From the IMG/VR virus record IMGVR_UViG_3300012231_000004, positions 1 through 49,234 of that record: a stretch of 49,234 nucleotides of DNA; one strand, written 5' to 3'. A program made the translations under genes and the position numbers. The notes beneath the pieces were generated by a model. It saw only the letters and a program-made list of their open reading frames with translations. It ran no database searches and was not told the origin of the DNA. This document shows positions 1 through 9,000 of the stretch, in pieces (the stretch's first letter is position 1; every line of letters begins with the position of its first letter). This DNA is from a virus.

Positions 1-123
1 ATTCGAGGTCTTAAAGTCTATCCAGAAATAGAAAAGTGCGGGAGTAGAAACGAAGCATACGCTTACCTAAAGAAAAAACAAAAACTAAGGCGGTTCCTAG
101 AATCATGAACAAAATCTCTGTCA
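1..123. repeat. Left copy of an exact 123-bp terminal duplication (identical to 49112..49234)
   Basis: Read directly: bases 1-123 equal bases 49112-49234. Bases 1-108 are the 3' end of the CDS starting at 48914, and the ATG at 105 is the same as the ATG at 49216. Confidence 0.95.
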
Positions 124-527
124 TTACCAGTCGCTTTGACATTACTCGCAAACAGCTAGAGGGATTCCGTAATCTATTGCCCATCTTTGATAAGGAAAAG
201 CATATCTTTGTCTTAGGTGGGGATGAAGCGGATTACGATATATTCCTTTCTCTATTAGGACAAGGCTTTCCAGTAGAGGTCTATCCTCATGCTGGTAATA
301 GCCATGATATTGATAAGTATAATGGAGCTAAGATTGTCCAGTCTTCCCTTCCATTAAGAGATAGAAACAAGAAGATGATTGATGATTGTGAGATACTAGT
401 TGGTATCCCGCAAATCTTCAATGAATACGAAGACTCACCAGCGTGGAAGACTATTCGTTATGCCATGCAAAACAAAAAGGAAGTCTATATTGTTTCTCCT
501 AATGGTTATGTTTGGGGTCTTGAATGA
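105..527 (+). CDS. Rossmann-like SLOG/DUF2493-like (or nucleoside 2-deoxyribosyltransferase-like) protein
   Basis: 140 aa. The pattern FVLGGDEADYD ... RDRNKKMIDDCEILVGIP ... EDSPAWKTIRYAMQNKKEVYIV matches the GG-loop / RN..M / C-terminal helix layout of DUF2493-type SLOG proteins. ATGA overlaps with both neighbours. Confidence 0.4.
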   Translation: MNKISVITSRFDITRKQLEGFRNLLPIFDKEKHIFVLGGDEADYDIFLSLLGQGFPVEVYPHAGNSHDIDKYNGAKIVQSSLPLRDRNKKMIDDCEILVGIPQIFNEYEDSPAWKTIRYAMQNKKEVYIVSPNGYVWGLE

Positions 528-928
528 ATATAACTTTGATAGACCTATTATGGAGCAAGACAACAATAGATGACAAGACAGGTTGTTGGGTCTATCAAAC
601 AGGAAGTAAGAATGGTTCTATACGTTATAATGGAACAACATGGCAACTTAATCGTTTATCTTTATGTATCTATCTAAAGTTAAAATATAAAGATATATCT
701 TGGAAAGCATGTCATGTTGATGAGTTATGTTCTAATAGAAAATGTTGGAATCCAATTCACCATTATGCAGGAACCACTAGTAGTAACGCATTAGATTCTA
801 TTAAGAAGGGAACACACTTTAATAATAACAAAGCCCTCTGTAGTAAGGGACATTTGTATGATAGATTCTACAGTAGTGGAAGAAGTTGCAGCATTTGTCA
901 AAACGAACTTAGAAGAAAGAGGAGTTAA
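524..928 (+). CDS. HNH homing endonuclease (HNH_3-like)
   Basis: TGCWVY...NRLSLCIYLK...ACHVDELCSNRKCWNPIHHYAGT...DSIKKGTH. Paralogue of 1807..2163. Confidence 0.7.
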   Translation: MNITLIDLLWSKTTIDDKTGCWVYQTGSKNGSIRYNGTTWQLNRLSLCIYLKLKYKDISWKACHVDELCSNRKCWNPIHHYAGTTSSNALDSIKKGTHFNNNKALCSKGHLYDRFYSSGRSCSICQNELRRKRS

Positions 929-932
929 AGAG

Positions 933-1322
933 ATGCCAAATATCCCTGGTGTTATTGAAACTTTTGAAAAATTAAAAGGACTGCATAGACGTAAGAATGA
1001 AGATTACGCTGGTGATAGAGGACCATTCTATAACTTTGAATTTGCAGATTATTTCAGTTCTCTTTTTCAGAACACTAGAGATAAAGTCTATGCTGTTATA
1101 GTTGGTATCAAGCTAGCACGATTAACTATTGTGTTAACTAAACGTCCAGAAAATGAATCAGCTGAGGATACTTTCGACGATACTATCACATATATTACAA
1201 TTTGGAAAGCAGACTATATGTTGCGTAATAAACGTGAGACATTACATAACAAGGTAGAAGCTGCTACTGTTAGAGAGACTAAACCACCTGAACCTTATAT
1301 TGCAGTTCCCGGTGAACAATGA
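933..1322 (+). CDS. DUF1599-like all-alpha (MazG-fold-like) protein, a family linked to nucleotide modification
   Basis: The ATG at 933 follows a GAGGAG RBS; the track start at 858 would overlap the HNH gene. Motifs: RRKNEDYAGDRGPFYNFE ... TRDKVYAVIVGIKLARL ... ESAEDTFDDTITY. Confidence 0.4.
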   Translation: MPNIPGVIETFEKLKGLHRRKNEDYAGDRGPFYNFEFADYFSSLFQNTRDKVYAVIVGIKLARLTIVLTKRPENESAEDTFDDTITYITIWKADYMLRNKRETLHNKVEAATVRETKPPEPYIAVPGEQ

Positions 1323-1567
1323 GTAACTTCTTCTGTTATATATGTGGAGTTCAGTTAGAATCAACTGACCTATCTATTCCTGTTAATGTAGCAGGTCCAT
1401 TACCATTTGGGCAAATGCACGTAACAGTTTTTTGCCATTATATGTGTGGACTTAATTGCTACTTGGACATAAAAGGAATAGAGAACCTAACAGATAAGGA
1501 TAGAATTGCTATTGAAGGTAAGCTAATGGAGGTGTTAACCTCTCTAAGTGGAGGAACTAAACAGTGA
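1319..1567 (+). CDS. Small Cys-rich hypothetical protein
   Basis: 82 aa, with CYIC ... CHYMCGLNC. Start and stop overlap the neighbouring genes. Confidence 0.55.
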   Translation: MSNFFCYICGVQLESTDLSIPVNVAGPLPFGQMHVTVFCHYMCGLNCYLDIKGIENLTDKDRIAIEGKLMEVLTSLSGGTKQ

Positions 1568-1767
1568 GATTGTTAAGCGACAGAATGCAGGAGTTTATTG
1601 ATTGGCTAGAAGCTAATACAAACTTTGCTAATTGGCCTGAATCAAAAAAGACAGAGACTCATAAGCAACTAATTATATGTATGATTTCTGACCCACCAGT
1701 ATGTGATTGTGAGATATATCAAACTTGTGATGTTTGTCATCCAAAGGAGAAGCTCAATGAGCGATAA
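1564..1767 (+). CDS. Small hypothetical protein (Cys-rich C-terminus)
   Basis: 67 aa, with CDCEIYQTCDVC. The start overlaps the upstream stop. Confidence 0.5.
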   Translation: MRLLSDRMQEFIDWLEANTNFANWPESKKTETHKQLIICMISDPPVCDCEIYQTCDVCHPKEKLNER

Positions 1768-1806
1768 ACCAGAGAATGTTAAGTGCCCTGATTGTGGGGC
1801 AGGAAT

Positions 1807-2163
1807 ATGATTTTAGTTTTAGGGAATACTTTAGAAAGTAATATACCAGTTTTAACTAGACTTTGGAAACACAGTTCTGTTAAAGGTAATCACTGGATAT
1901 GGACTGGAGCTATTGATGATGGAGGAAACAAACCATATGGAAAGATTACTATAAATAGAAAAACATATATAGTTTCCAGGCTGTCACTTTGTATATTTCT
2001 AAAGCTAAAGTATAATGATTCTTGGCTTGCTTGCCACAATGATTCACTATGTGGTTATACATTATGTTGGAACCCTTTGCATTTATATGTAGGCGACAAA
2101 TCAACAAATACATATGATAGCATTAAAAAGGGAACTCACTATAAGTCACTAAAGTTTAAATAA
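1807..2163 (+). CDS. HNH homing endonuclease, paralogue of 524..928
   Basis: The ATG at 1807 is in frame with the track's TTG at 1792. SRLSLCIFLKLKYNDSWLACHNDSLCGYTLCWNPLHLYVGDKSTNTYDSIKKGTHY aligns with the first HNH. Confidence 0.7.
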   Translation: MILVLGNTLESNIPVLTRLWKHSSVKGNHWIWTGAIDDGGNKPYGKITINRKTYIVSRLSLCIFLKLKYNDSWLACHNDSLCGYTLCWNPLHLYVGDKSTNTYDSIKKGTHYKSLKFK

Positions 2164-2164
2164 T

Positions 2165-4636
2165 ATGCCAAACATGGTGCCAGGCCAAGGGAATCCATAC
2201 TCTAAACTATTGATATTAGGTGACTTCCCCAACCAGACAGATGATAGATTAGAGAAACCATTTAACGGAGCACCAGGAGAATTATTAGATAGGATATTCA
2301 CAGAACTAGGTCATCCAAATTGGAAAACAGATTTCTGGTTGACTAACGTATATAGATACCGACCACCATTTAATGATGTAAAACAAATCAATACTGTATG
2401 TGACCCGGATGAGGAAAAGCAAAGACTCTATAGAGAAATCCTTTCTATTAACCCTAATTGTATCCTTGCTATCGGCCCTGTTGCTTTTGAATGTGTTTCT
2501 GGACTTAGTAAGATACTTCTTTACAGGGGTTCAATATTACCTAGTCAAGTAGGAGACTCTAAAGTAGTAGGAACAATACATCCTGGTCATTTAGTTAGAG
2601 CTTCCGATGAATCAGAAGACCATGATGAAAACAAAGGGATGTTCTCTTACGTCTGGAAATGGGTAGTTCAAAATGACATCAAAAGAGCAATCACTGAATC
2701 GAAGACAGTGGGCTGCGACCTACCTCAAAGGTCACTCCTTATTGCAAGAAATAGTGTTGACGTATCAAGGTTTATTGATAGGAACATCAAAAGCGGGGAT
2801 AGAGTCTTTGCAGACATTGAGACAATTAAATCAACAGTTGCAGGATGTGTTAGTCTTGCTTGGAACAGATATGAAGCCATCTCAATCCCCCTCTTCCCTA
2901 AAGTCGGAAATTATGAACTCTGCACAATCCCAACAACAGACCTCGTCTACATCTGGCAAAAGTTAGATTGGTTATTTAGGAATGTATTAGTAGCCGGCCA
3001 GAACTTTAAGTTTGACCAGGCTAAACTGGAGATGCTTGGCTTTAGATTCAAAGGTCTAAAGTCTGACACCTCTCTAAAAGCACATACTATCAACCCGGAA
3101 ATACCTTATGTTGGTTTGGCGTTCATCAGTTCAATTTGGACTAGAGAGCCTTACTATAAAGACGAAGGCAAAGAATTCATATTTGGAAAGCACGACATCG
3201 ACCGCTGGTTTTTATATAATGCTAAAGATTCCGCGGTGGATTGTGAAGTTGATGAGGTTCAAGAGAAAGAACTGGAAATACTCTCAGATATTTACAAGAC
3301 GGACCTGAAAGGTTTTTACTATAAGTATATCACAAAGCTCCATCAACTATATTATGAGATGGAATATAATGGATTTAGGGTAGATGATGGTCTTAGAGAT
3401 TACTTGATATGTAAGTATAAGACATGGGCTGAACATATTAAGGTAAAGCTGGATGTAGCAGTAGGAAGGAATATAAACTATAACAGTCCAAAGCAGGTAA
3501 AGGAATTACTATATGAGCAGATGGCAATTAAACCTATTGACCGCGACCACGGAACTAATGAAGATGTTATTAGTAGACTATTGAAAGACAAGGTAAAAGA
3601 TGACACCTATCGAACAATATTATCGGATATACTCGAAATACGCAGAGTTAATAAGACACTATCAACATATCTCTATGCAATGCCAGACTTTGATGGCCGT
3701 ATGCGAACACAAGTTAGAATCGCTGGAACAGAAACGGGTAGAAGTTCAGACAGTGTTTTGGAACCCCCCGTTAGACCAGTCAAAATTGGATTCGCTTTCA
3801 AAACACTTACAAAGCATGGGGATATCGGACAAGACATTAGAGGGATTCTTATTGCTGATGAAGGATATGTCATTGTTAACATTGACCTTAGTCAAGCTGA
3901 GGGACGAATCGTAGCTCTGTTGTCTAAAGATAAGAAACTATTAGAAGCATATGACAACATCGACATTCATAAGAGAACAGCAGCATTGGCTTTATTTACA
4001 GGCCAACTTAACCTGGACTATGCTTATGACCCGGTTGCTGATGTTCTTGGTAAGGATAGTCCTGAAAGATTTATAGGTAAAAAGACACGACACGCGGGCA
4101 ACTACTTCATGCAATGGAAAGAGTTTATGAAGCAGGTTGTTAGTGATTGTCGTAGGTTCCACATTCAGTTTACTATATCCGCTTTCTCAGCTAAGGTAAT
4201 ATTAGAGAGATTCCATGCCGCATCACCTAGTATTATGAACGTATTTCATGCGGAAGTTAAAGACCAAATAGATACAACGAGAGCACTAATCAATCCATTT
4301 GGTAGATTACGCCGCTTTTTTGACCGACCAGGACCACAGCTATATAAGGAAAGTTATGCTTTCATTCCTCAATCGACTGTTAAGGATAGACTCACTCACA
4401 GTCTATTGGAAATACGCGACAAGAAATACCCGATTAAGATGGTTAACGAGTCTCACGATAGTGTTACTTATCTTATGCCTATTGGTGAGTATCATGATAT
4501 CTGTAGGGAACTAAGACCTATTATAGAACAACCCATTGACTTCTCTACCTGCTCCCTTAAAAGAGGTTCACTGATAATACCTTGTGACTTTGAATATGGG
4601 GATAACTACAAAGACCTACAAAAGCTTAAGCTCTAG
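2165..4636 (+). CDS. Family-A DNA polymerase with an N-terminal family-4 UDG-like domain and a 3'-5' exonuclease domain
   Basis: UDG-like motifs: LILGDFPN, PFNGAPGELLDRIF, IHPGHLVR. Exonuclease motifs: VFADIET, YNAKDSAVD. PolA motif A NIDLSQAEGR, motif B RFIGKKTRHAGNY, motif C NESHDS. Confidence 0.85.
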   Translation: MPNMVPGQGNPYSKLLILGDFPNQTDDRLEKPFNGAPGELLDRIFTELGHPNWKTDFWLTNVYRYRPPFNDVKQINTVCDPDEEKQRLYREILSINPNCILAIGPVAFECVSGLSKILLYRGSILPSQVGDSKVVGTIHPGHLVRASDESEDHDENKGMFSYVWKWVVQNDIKRAITESKTVGCDLPQRSLLIARNSVDVSRFIDRNIKSGDRVFADIETIKSTVAGCVSLAWNRYEAISIPLFPKVGNYELCTIPTTDLVYIWQKLDWLFRNVLVAGQNFKFDQAKLEMLGFRFKGLKSDTSLKAHTINPEIPYVGLAFISSIWTREPYYKDEGKEFIFGKHDIDRWFLYNAKDSAVDCEVDEVQEKELEILSDIYKTDLKGFYYKYITKLHQLYYEMEYNGFRVDDGLRDYLICKYKTWAEHIKVKLDVAVGRNINYNSPKQVKELLYEQMAIKPIDRDHGTNEDVISRLLKDKVKDDTYRTILSDILEIRRVNKTLSTYLYAMPDFDGRMRTQVRIAGTETGRSSDSVLEPPVRPVKIGFAFKTLTKHGDIGQDIRGILIADEGYVIVNIDLSQAEGRIVALLSKDKKLLEAYDNIDIHKRTAALALFTGQLNLDYAYDPVADVLGKDSPERFIGKKTRHAGNYFMQWKEFMKQVVSDCRRFHIQFTISAFSAKVILERFHAASPSIMNVFHAEVKDQIDTTRALINPFGRLRRFFDRPGPQLYKESYAFIPQSTVKDRLTHSLLEIRDKKYPIKMVNESHDSVTYLMPIGEYHDICRELRPIIEQPIDFSTCSLKRGSLIIPCDFEYGDNYKDLQKLKL

Positions 4637-4647
4637 AAAGGCGAATT

Positions 4648-5844
4648 ATGAGCTGGCTGGAACTATTGATAGAAGAAACTGATTTTGTCGAAACCCCTAA
4701 ACAATGGATATATTGGAGTGGATTAGCAACAATAAGTGCAATAGTCTCCCCCAATATAGTCATTAACAAAGGGGCATACAAACTCAAGCCAAATCTTTAT
4801 ATCCTATTGATTGGACGTTCAGGATTAGGTAAAGGATTTGGTCCTAATGTAGCAAGAAAATTAGTTCAGATGGTAGACAATACTAGAGTTATATCAGGAA
4901 GGGGGAGCATTGAAGGTATCATTAAGGAATTGGCTATTGTCAAAGCTAAGGAAAATGGCAGCATACCATTCAAAGATGCAAGGGGATTTTTATGCTCAGG
5001 AGAATTTGCTTCCTCGTTATATGAAGCTACCCATGCCCTTACTATTCTTACTGATTTATACGATGCTCACTATAATCCTGAATGGGTTAATACACTTAAG
5101 AACTCTCCTGTTGAGAAACTACGCTTCCCCTGTTTAACTCTACTAAGCGGAGCTAATCAAGATATGTTTGACATGACAGTAGATAAATCCCATTTAGGTG
5201 GTGGATTTATTGGTCGAACATTATTGATTAACGCTGATAAGAGATACCGCTCTAACAGTATGATATATGAAGAAGGAGAAAAGGAAGATGAAGTAGATTA
5301 TGAGAAGTTAGCTTGTTATCTTAAGAAACTATCCAAATTAGAAGGAGCAATGAAATGGTCATCTGGTGCTAAGAAAGTATATAATGAATGGTTCTACCCT
5401 TATAGAGAAATGGAAGTGGATGATAGAACTGGCACCCACGACAGAATGAATGACCATGTTATTAAGATAGCAGCATGTATATCATTAAGCCGCAAAGAGG
5501 ATATGGTATTAGAGGAGGATGATATAGTAGAGGCTATTGCAGCTTGCTCATCATTAAGTAATACTGCTAGACAAATGGCAGGGATGCAAGGACAAAGCTC
5601 TGCATCAGGGATGCTTAAATCCTTCTTAATGATTATGTTTCAGGTTGAGAACTATACGCTCTCTAGGAAAAGAGTATTGCAGAAAGGCTTTGGAGAGTTC
5701 GATAGCTCTGAACTTGATAAGATAGTAGAAACTTTAAGTCAGATGGGATTCGTAGTTCAAACAACTGGCGGGAAAGAGATTACTTATAAGCTCACCAAAG
5801 GATGTATAGAATGGTGGGAGAGAAAGACTAAGGGTGGTCAGTGA
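4648..5844 (+). CDS. P-loop NTPase, DUF3987/VirE-like putative replicative helicase
   Basis: 398 aa. Deviant Walker A LLIGRSGLGKGFG, Walker-B-like RTLLINAD, and an N-terminal layout typical of DUF3987. Sits directly after the polymerase. Confidence 0.4.
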   Translation: MSWLELLIEETDFVETPKQWIYWSGLATISAIVSPNIVINKGAYKLKPNLYILLIGRSGLGKGFGPNVARKLVQMVDNTRVISGRGSIEGIIKELAIVKAKENGSIPFKDARGFLCSGEFASSLYEATHALTILTDLYDAHYNPEWVNTLKNSPVEKLRFPCLTLLSGANQDMFDMTVDKSHLGGGFIGRTLLINADKRYRSNSMIYEEGEKEDEVDYEKLACYLKKLSKLEGAMKWSSGAKKVYNEWFYPYREMEVDDRTGTHDRMNDHVIKIAACISLSRKEDMVLEEDDIVEAIAACSSLSNTARQMAGMQGQSSASGMLKSFLMIMFQVENYTLSRKRVLQKGFGEFDSSELDKIVETLSQMGFVVQTTGGKEITYKLTKGCIEWWERKTKGGQ

Positions 5845-6068
5845 TGTTAGGTCGAGTAAAGAATATCAAACCTTCTCTATATGGCTTTATCCTTGATGAA
5901 GAAGGAAAGGAGTATTTCTTTCATGCACAAAACTATAATGGAGATTGGGAGGAGTTAAAGTTAATCTCTCCCCCCATTACCACTAAAGGACCAATAGTTC
6001 AGTTTACTCCAGTTAACGGTCCTAAAGGATTGAAGGCTGAAAAGGTAGAGTTTGTGGGTGACTTTTAA
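5844..6068 (+). CDS. Cold-shock-domain-like small OB-fold protein
   Basis: GRVKNIKPSLYGFILDEEGKEYFFHAQNY ... VQFTPVNGPKGLKAEKVEF resembles the CSD pattern. The ATG at 5844 overlaps the upstream TGA; a GTG at 5841 is an alternative start. Confidence 0.45.
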   Translation: MLGRVKNIKPSLYGFILDEEGKEYFFHAQNYNGDWEELKLISPPITTKGPIVQFTPVNGPKGLKAEKVEFVGDF

Positions 6069-9000
6069 CGCCCATAATCCCAGACTGATTTACCTCTCCT
6101 ATTAGAAGGAACAGGGGTAAATGGTTCAAAGGCAAAGGGATTCTTTTTCTTTTTACCATACTTTAATGGAGCTTCTGCTACTCTAGCGATAGCTTCCTCT
6201 CCAGTCATTCTACCTGTTGCATAGTTATAAGGAGCAGCAGCCTGTGGCGGTCCAAAGTTAATAGTCTGAGATAGAGTATTCCTTAATCTCTCAGCAGTCG
6301 GAACCTGCCTACCATATCTATCTCTAGTTCCAACAATATTCTTTTCTCCCTTATAATCCTCACCACTAGCAACCGCTAAAGCTGCATGAGTTAATGGTGA
6401 ACCTCGTCCTTCTAATGAACTCTCTAATACCTCTGCACCACCACCTTCTTCAACAGTAGCTTTAGCAATCTGCATTGGAATCTTAAAGAAGTCACCAGCA
6501 TTGTTGAATATCTTTAAGCCTCTGGTCTTCTTGTTCTCTACATCTTTACCTAACTTCATAGTAAACTGGTCAGATGTAGAGTTCTCCCACATGAACTTAC
6601 CAGTAGCCGCTTTCTGTGCAAGATTAGCAGCAGCATAGATAGCTAACATCCTACCACCAGCTTTAGCATAAGCCTGAGTAAGTGGGTCTTTAGGATTGGA
6701 TAGAATCTTTACCATAGACTTAGGAACATTGATACCCAAATCAACAGTAGACCTGAACCAATCAGGAGCAGCCATTGCAATCTTAGCAAAGGTATTGAAG
6801 TTCTTGTTATGATACATCAGGTCTAGATTCCTACCTGAATAGAATGAATCTCCTATCTTAACAGCAGCTTTACCTGCCTCATCTTCAGTCATTCCCTTCT
6901 TGAGATTCCTTTGGAAGTTATCCCAAGTAGCTTCTAATTTAGTAGCAGGAATAGTCTTATCGAACAGAGGCTTTTCAAAATACTTAGCCTGTAATTCAGA
7001 TAACTTATTAGCCGCTTCCTTACCCTTACCAAATATACCTTCAGTATTTTCAAATAGATTACCACCAGGTGAAGGATTCTCTACCTGCCCTCTATAACCC
7101 CACCGCTTAGTAAGATATTCAGCTTTTTTAGCATTCTCATCTAAATACTTACCAGCCGCTTCCGGGGACCAAGCATACTTAAGAGCCTTTAGATTCCTCT
7201 TAATACCACCTTCCATAAATGAACGACTCATAAATGGAAAGGCCATGTTAGCACCATGAGCGGTGAACAATGGCTTATTAGGAACAAGGCCAGAAGATAA
7301 TGCTAAGTTAGTCATCTTACCTGAGAACCTAGCAAGAGCTTGACCTATACCTCCACCTACTTTTTCCTGACTACCTAAGTAGTTTTCTAATACAGCTTTA
7401 ACAGATGGGTCTGCATAGTATCCTTCGAATGAACCATACTTAGACTCAATCTTTTGCATACCAGAAGTTCTATTCTTAGCCTGAACAAGATAACCCTGTT
7501 TCCTCAGACTCTTTAATGCCGCTCGGTCAGCGATTAACTTATTAACTCTCTGAGCATACCAATCCATTAGCTCAAGAGGTTTCATCTTTGGCTTAAGACC
7601 CTTCTCAATACCCTCTGCATAATCGTCAATAAAAGACCTAAACTGGAAGGATGCTTTCTCCCTCATGGTCTTATTACCAAATACAGCAGCTACTTCTTCA
7701 GGTGTATTATCCCACATCTGAGGTAAGTAGTTCTCCTTATAACCTACCTTAGCTCCCTTTGATTCTAATAGAGCATGAAGGTTATCAAAGAACTCTCTAA
7801 CTCTAGGATACTTACCAGCTTCTACATCCTCTTGGAATGGAACAATCTCATCCTTACTAATATGACCAATCTCATCCTTAAACTCATCTCTAACTTGTTT
7901 ACCAATAATCTCACTAGCACTACGACGCTTAATGAGTCTATCAGTAATCTCCTTAAACTTAGGATTAGCTTCCATGAACTTCTTATAGAATATCCTACCT
8001 ACCTTACCTACAATAGTAGCTGGTTCTACTCCCTTTTTCTTAGGAGGAATTGGAGGTTCTCCACTTTCTGTTTTTTTAGGTGAAGTAGGAGGCTTATTCC
8101 CACCACCAGAAGCACCATAACCAGCTAATACAGCAGTTCTAGTTCTATTAGGTAACTTATTAAATTGCTCTTTAGTTAATCCCGTAACTCTAGAAACATA
8201 GGCTTCTTTTGTCTCTACAGATGAAGCTTTACTTTCTCCAATACTTGGTTCAATTCCTCCTTGTCTTCCTTTGATGTTTGATGGTCCTTCTTTACCAATT
8301 CTTGCTCCCGGGATAAAGAACTCATTGCTGTTTGGTATCCAAGGGACTGCTTTAACTTGTTGTAATACTTCAAGTAACTCTGGAAAATGTTGTCCGTTGG
8401 CATCGAAGAATCCCTTTCTTAAAGTATCAATTATTTCTGGTAATTTGTCAGCAGACAATCTTCTAATTGCTGCCATACGAACACCATGAGAGTAAGACAT
8501 TTCATCACGAATTATATTATGTGCTAATTCATGCTCAAGAGTGTTTATTACATCAGCAATAAAACTATCTGGTCTTCCCTTTGATAACTGAGTCATATAT
8601 GGTAAATCAATAAATGCTCCAAATTCATAATTTAATTTCTGATAGATAGTATCAAGGTCAATATCCATTTCTCTAAACATCTTCTCTATACTTTTTATCT
8701 TTTTATGTTCTGCAAAATTAACTCTTGGATTAGAAACATTAACCCCCCATTGTTCTCCAGAAGGATGGGTAAATGCAAATCCTAATCTCTTTAATCTCTT
8801 TCTAATAAGAAACATTTCCTTCCCAATTTTATCTGTTGGGTCAGCAAGAGGTCTTTCAATAGCATCTAATATGATATTAGTGGCCTGTCTTAACGCACTA
8901 CCCATCTTCTTAAAAGCAGGGGAATGTTCAACAATAGCTTTACTCTCAGGTGATAAATAGCTACCAGGTTTATTGATATGAATTACATCATTCCCATCTG

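Noticed and set aside
858-932. Upstream extension of the DUF1599-like ORF (track start 858).
   Set aside because: It would overlap the HNH gene by 71 nt, whereas the ATG at 933 has a GAGGAG RBS.
2673-4514. Nested same-strand or antisense ORFs inside the polymerase gene (2673..2966, 3108..3308, 3600..3914, 3673..3882, 4299..4514). Similar shadow ORFs lie inside the other large genes (e.g. 4910..5137, 6900..9913, 11806..13908, 16402..16596, 18873..22051, 27214..29198, 30336..31045, 39149..41013, 46333..46900).
   Set aside because: They lie entirely within longer ORFs that carry clear motifs, lack RBSs, and have low-complexity or odd composition. They are typical frame shadows in AT-rich DNA.
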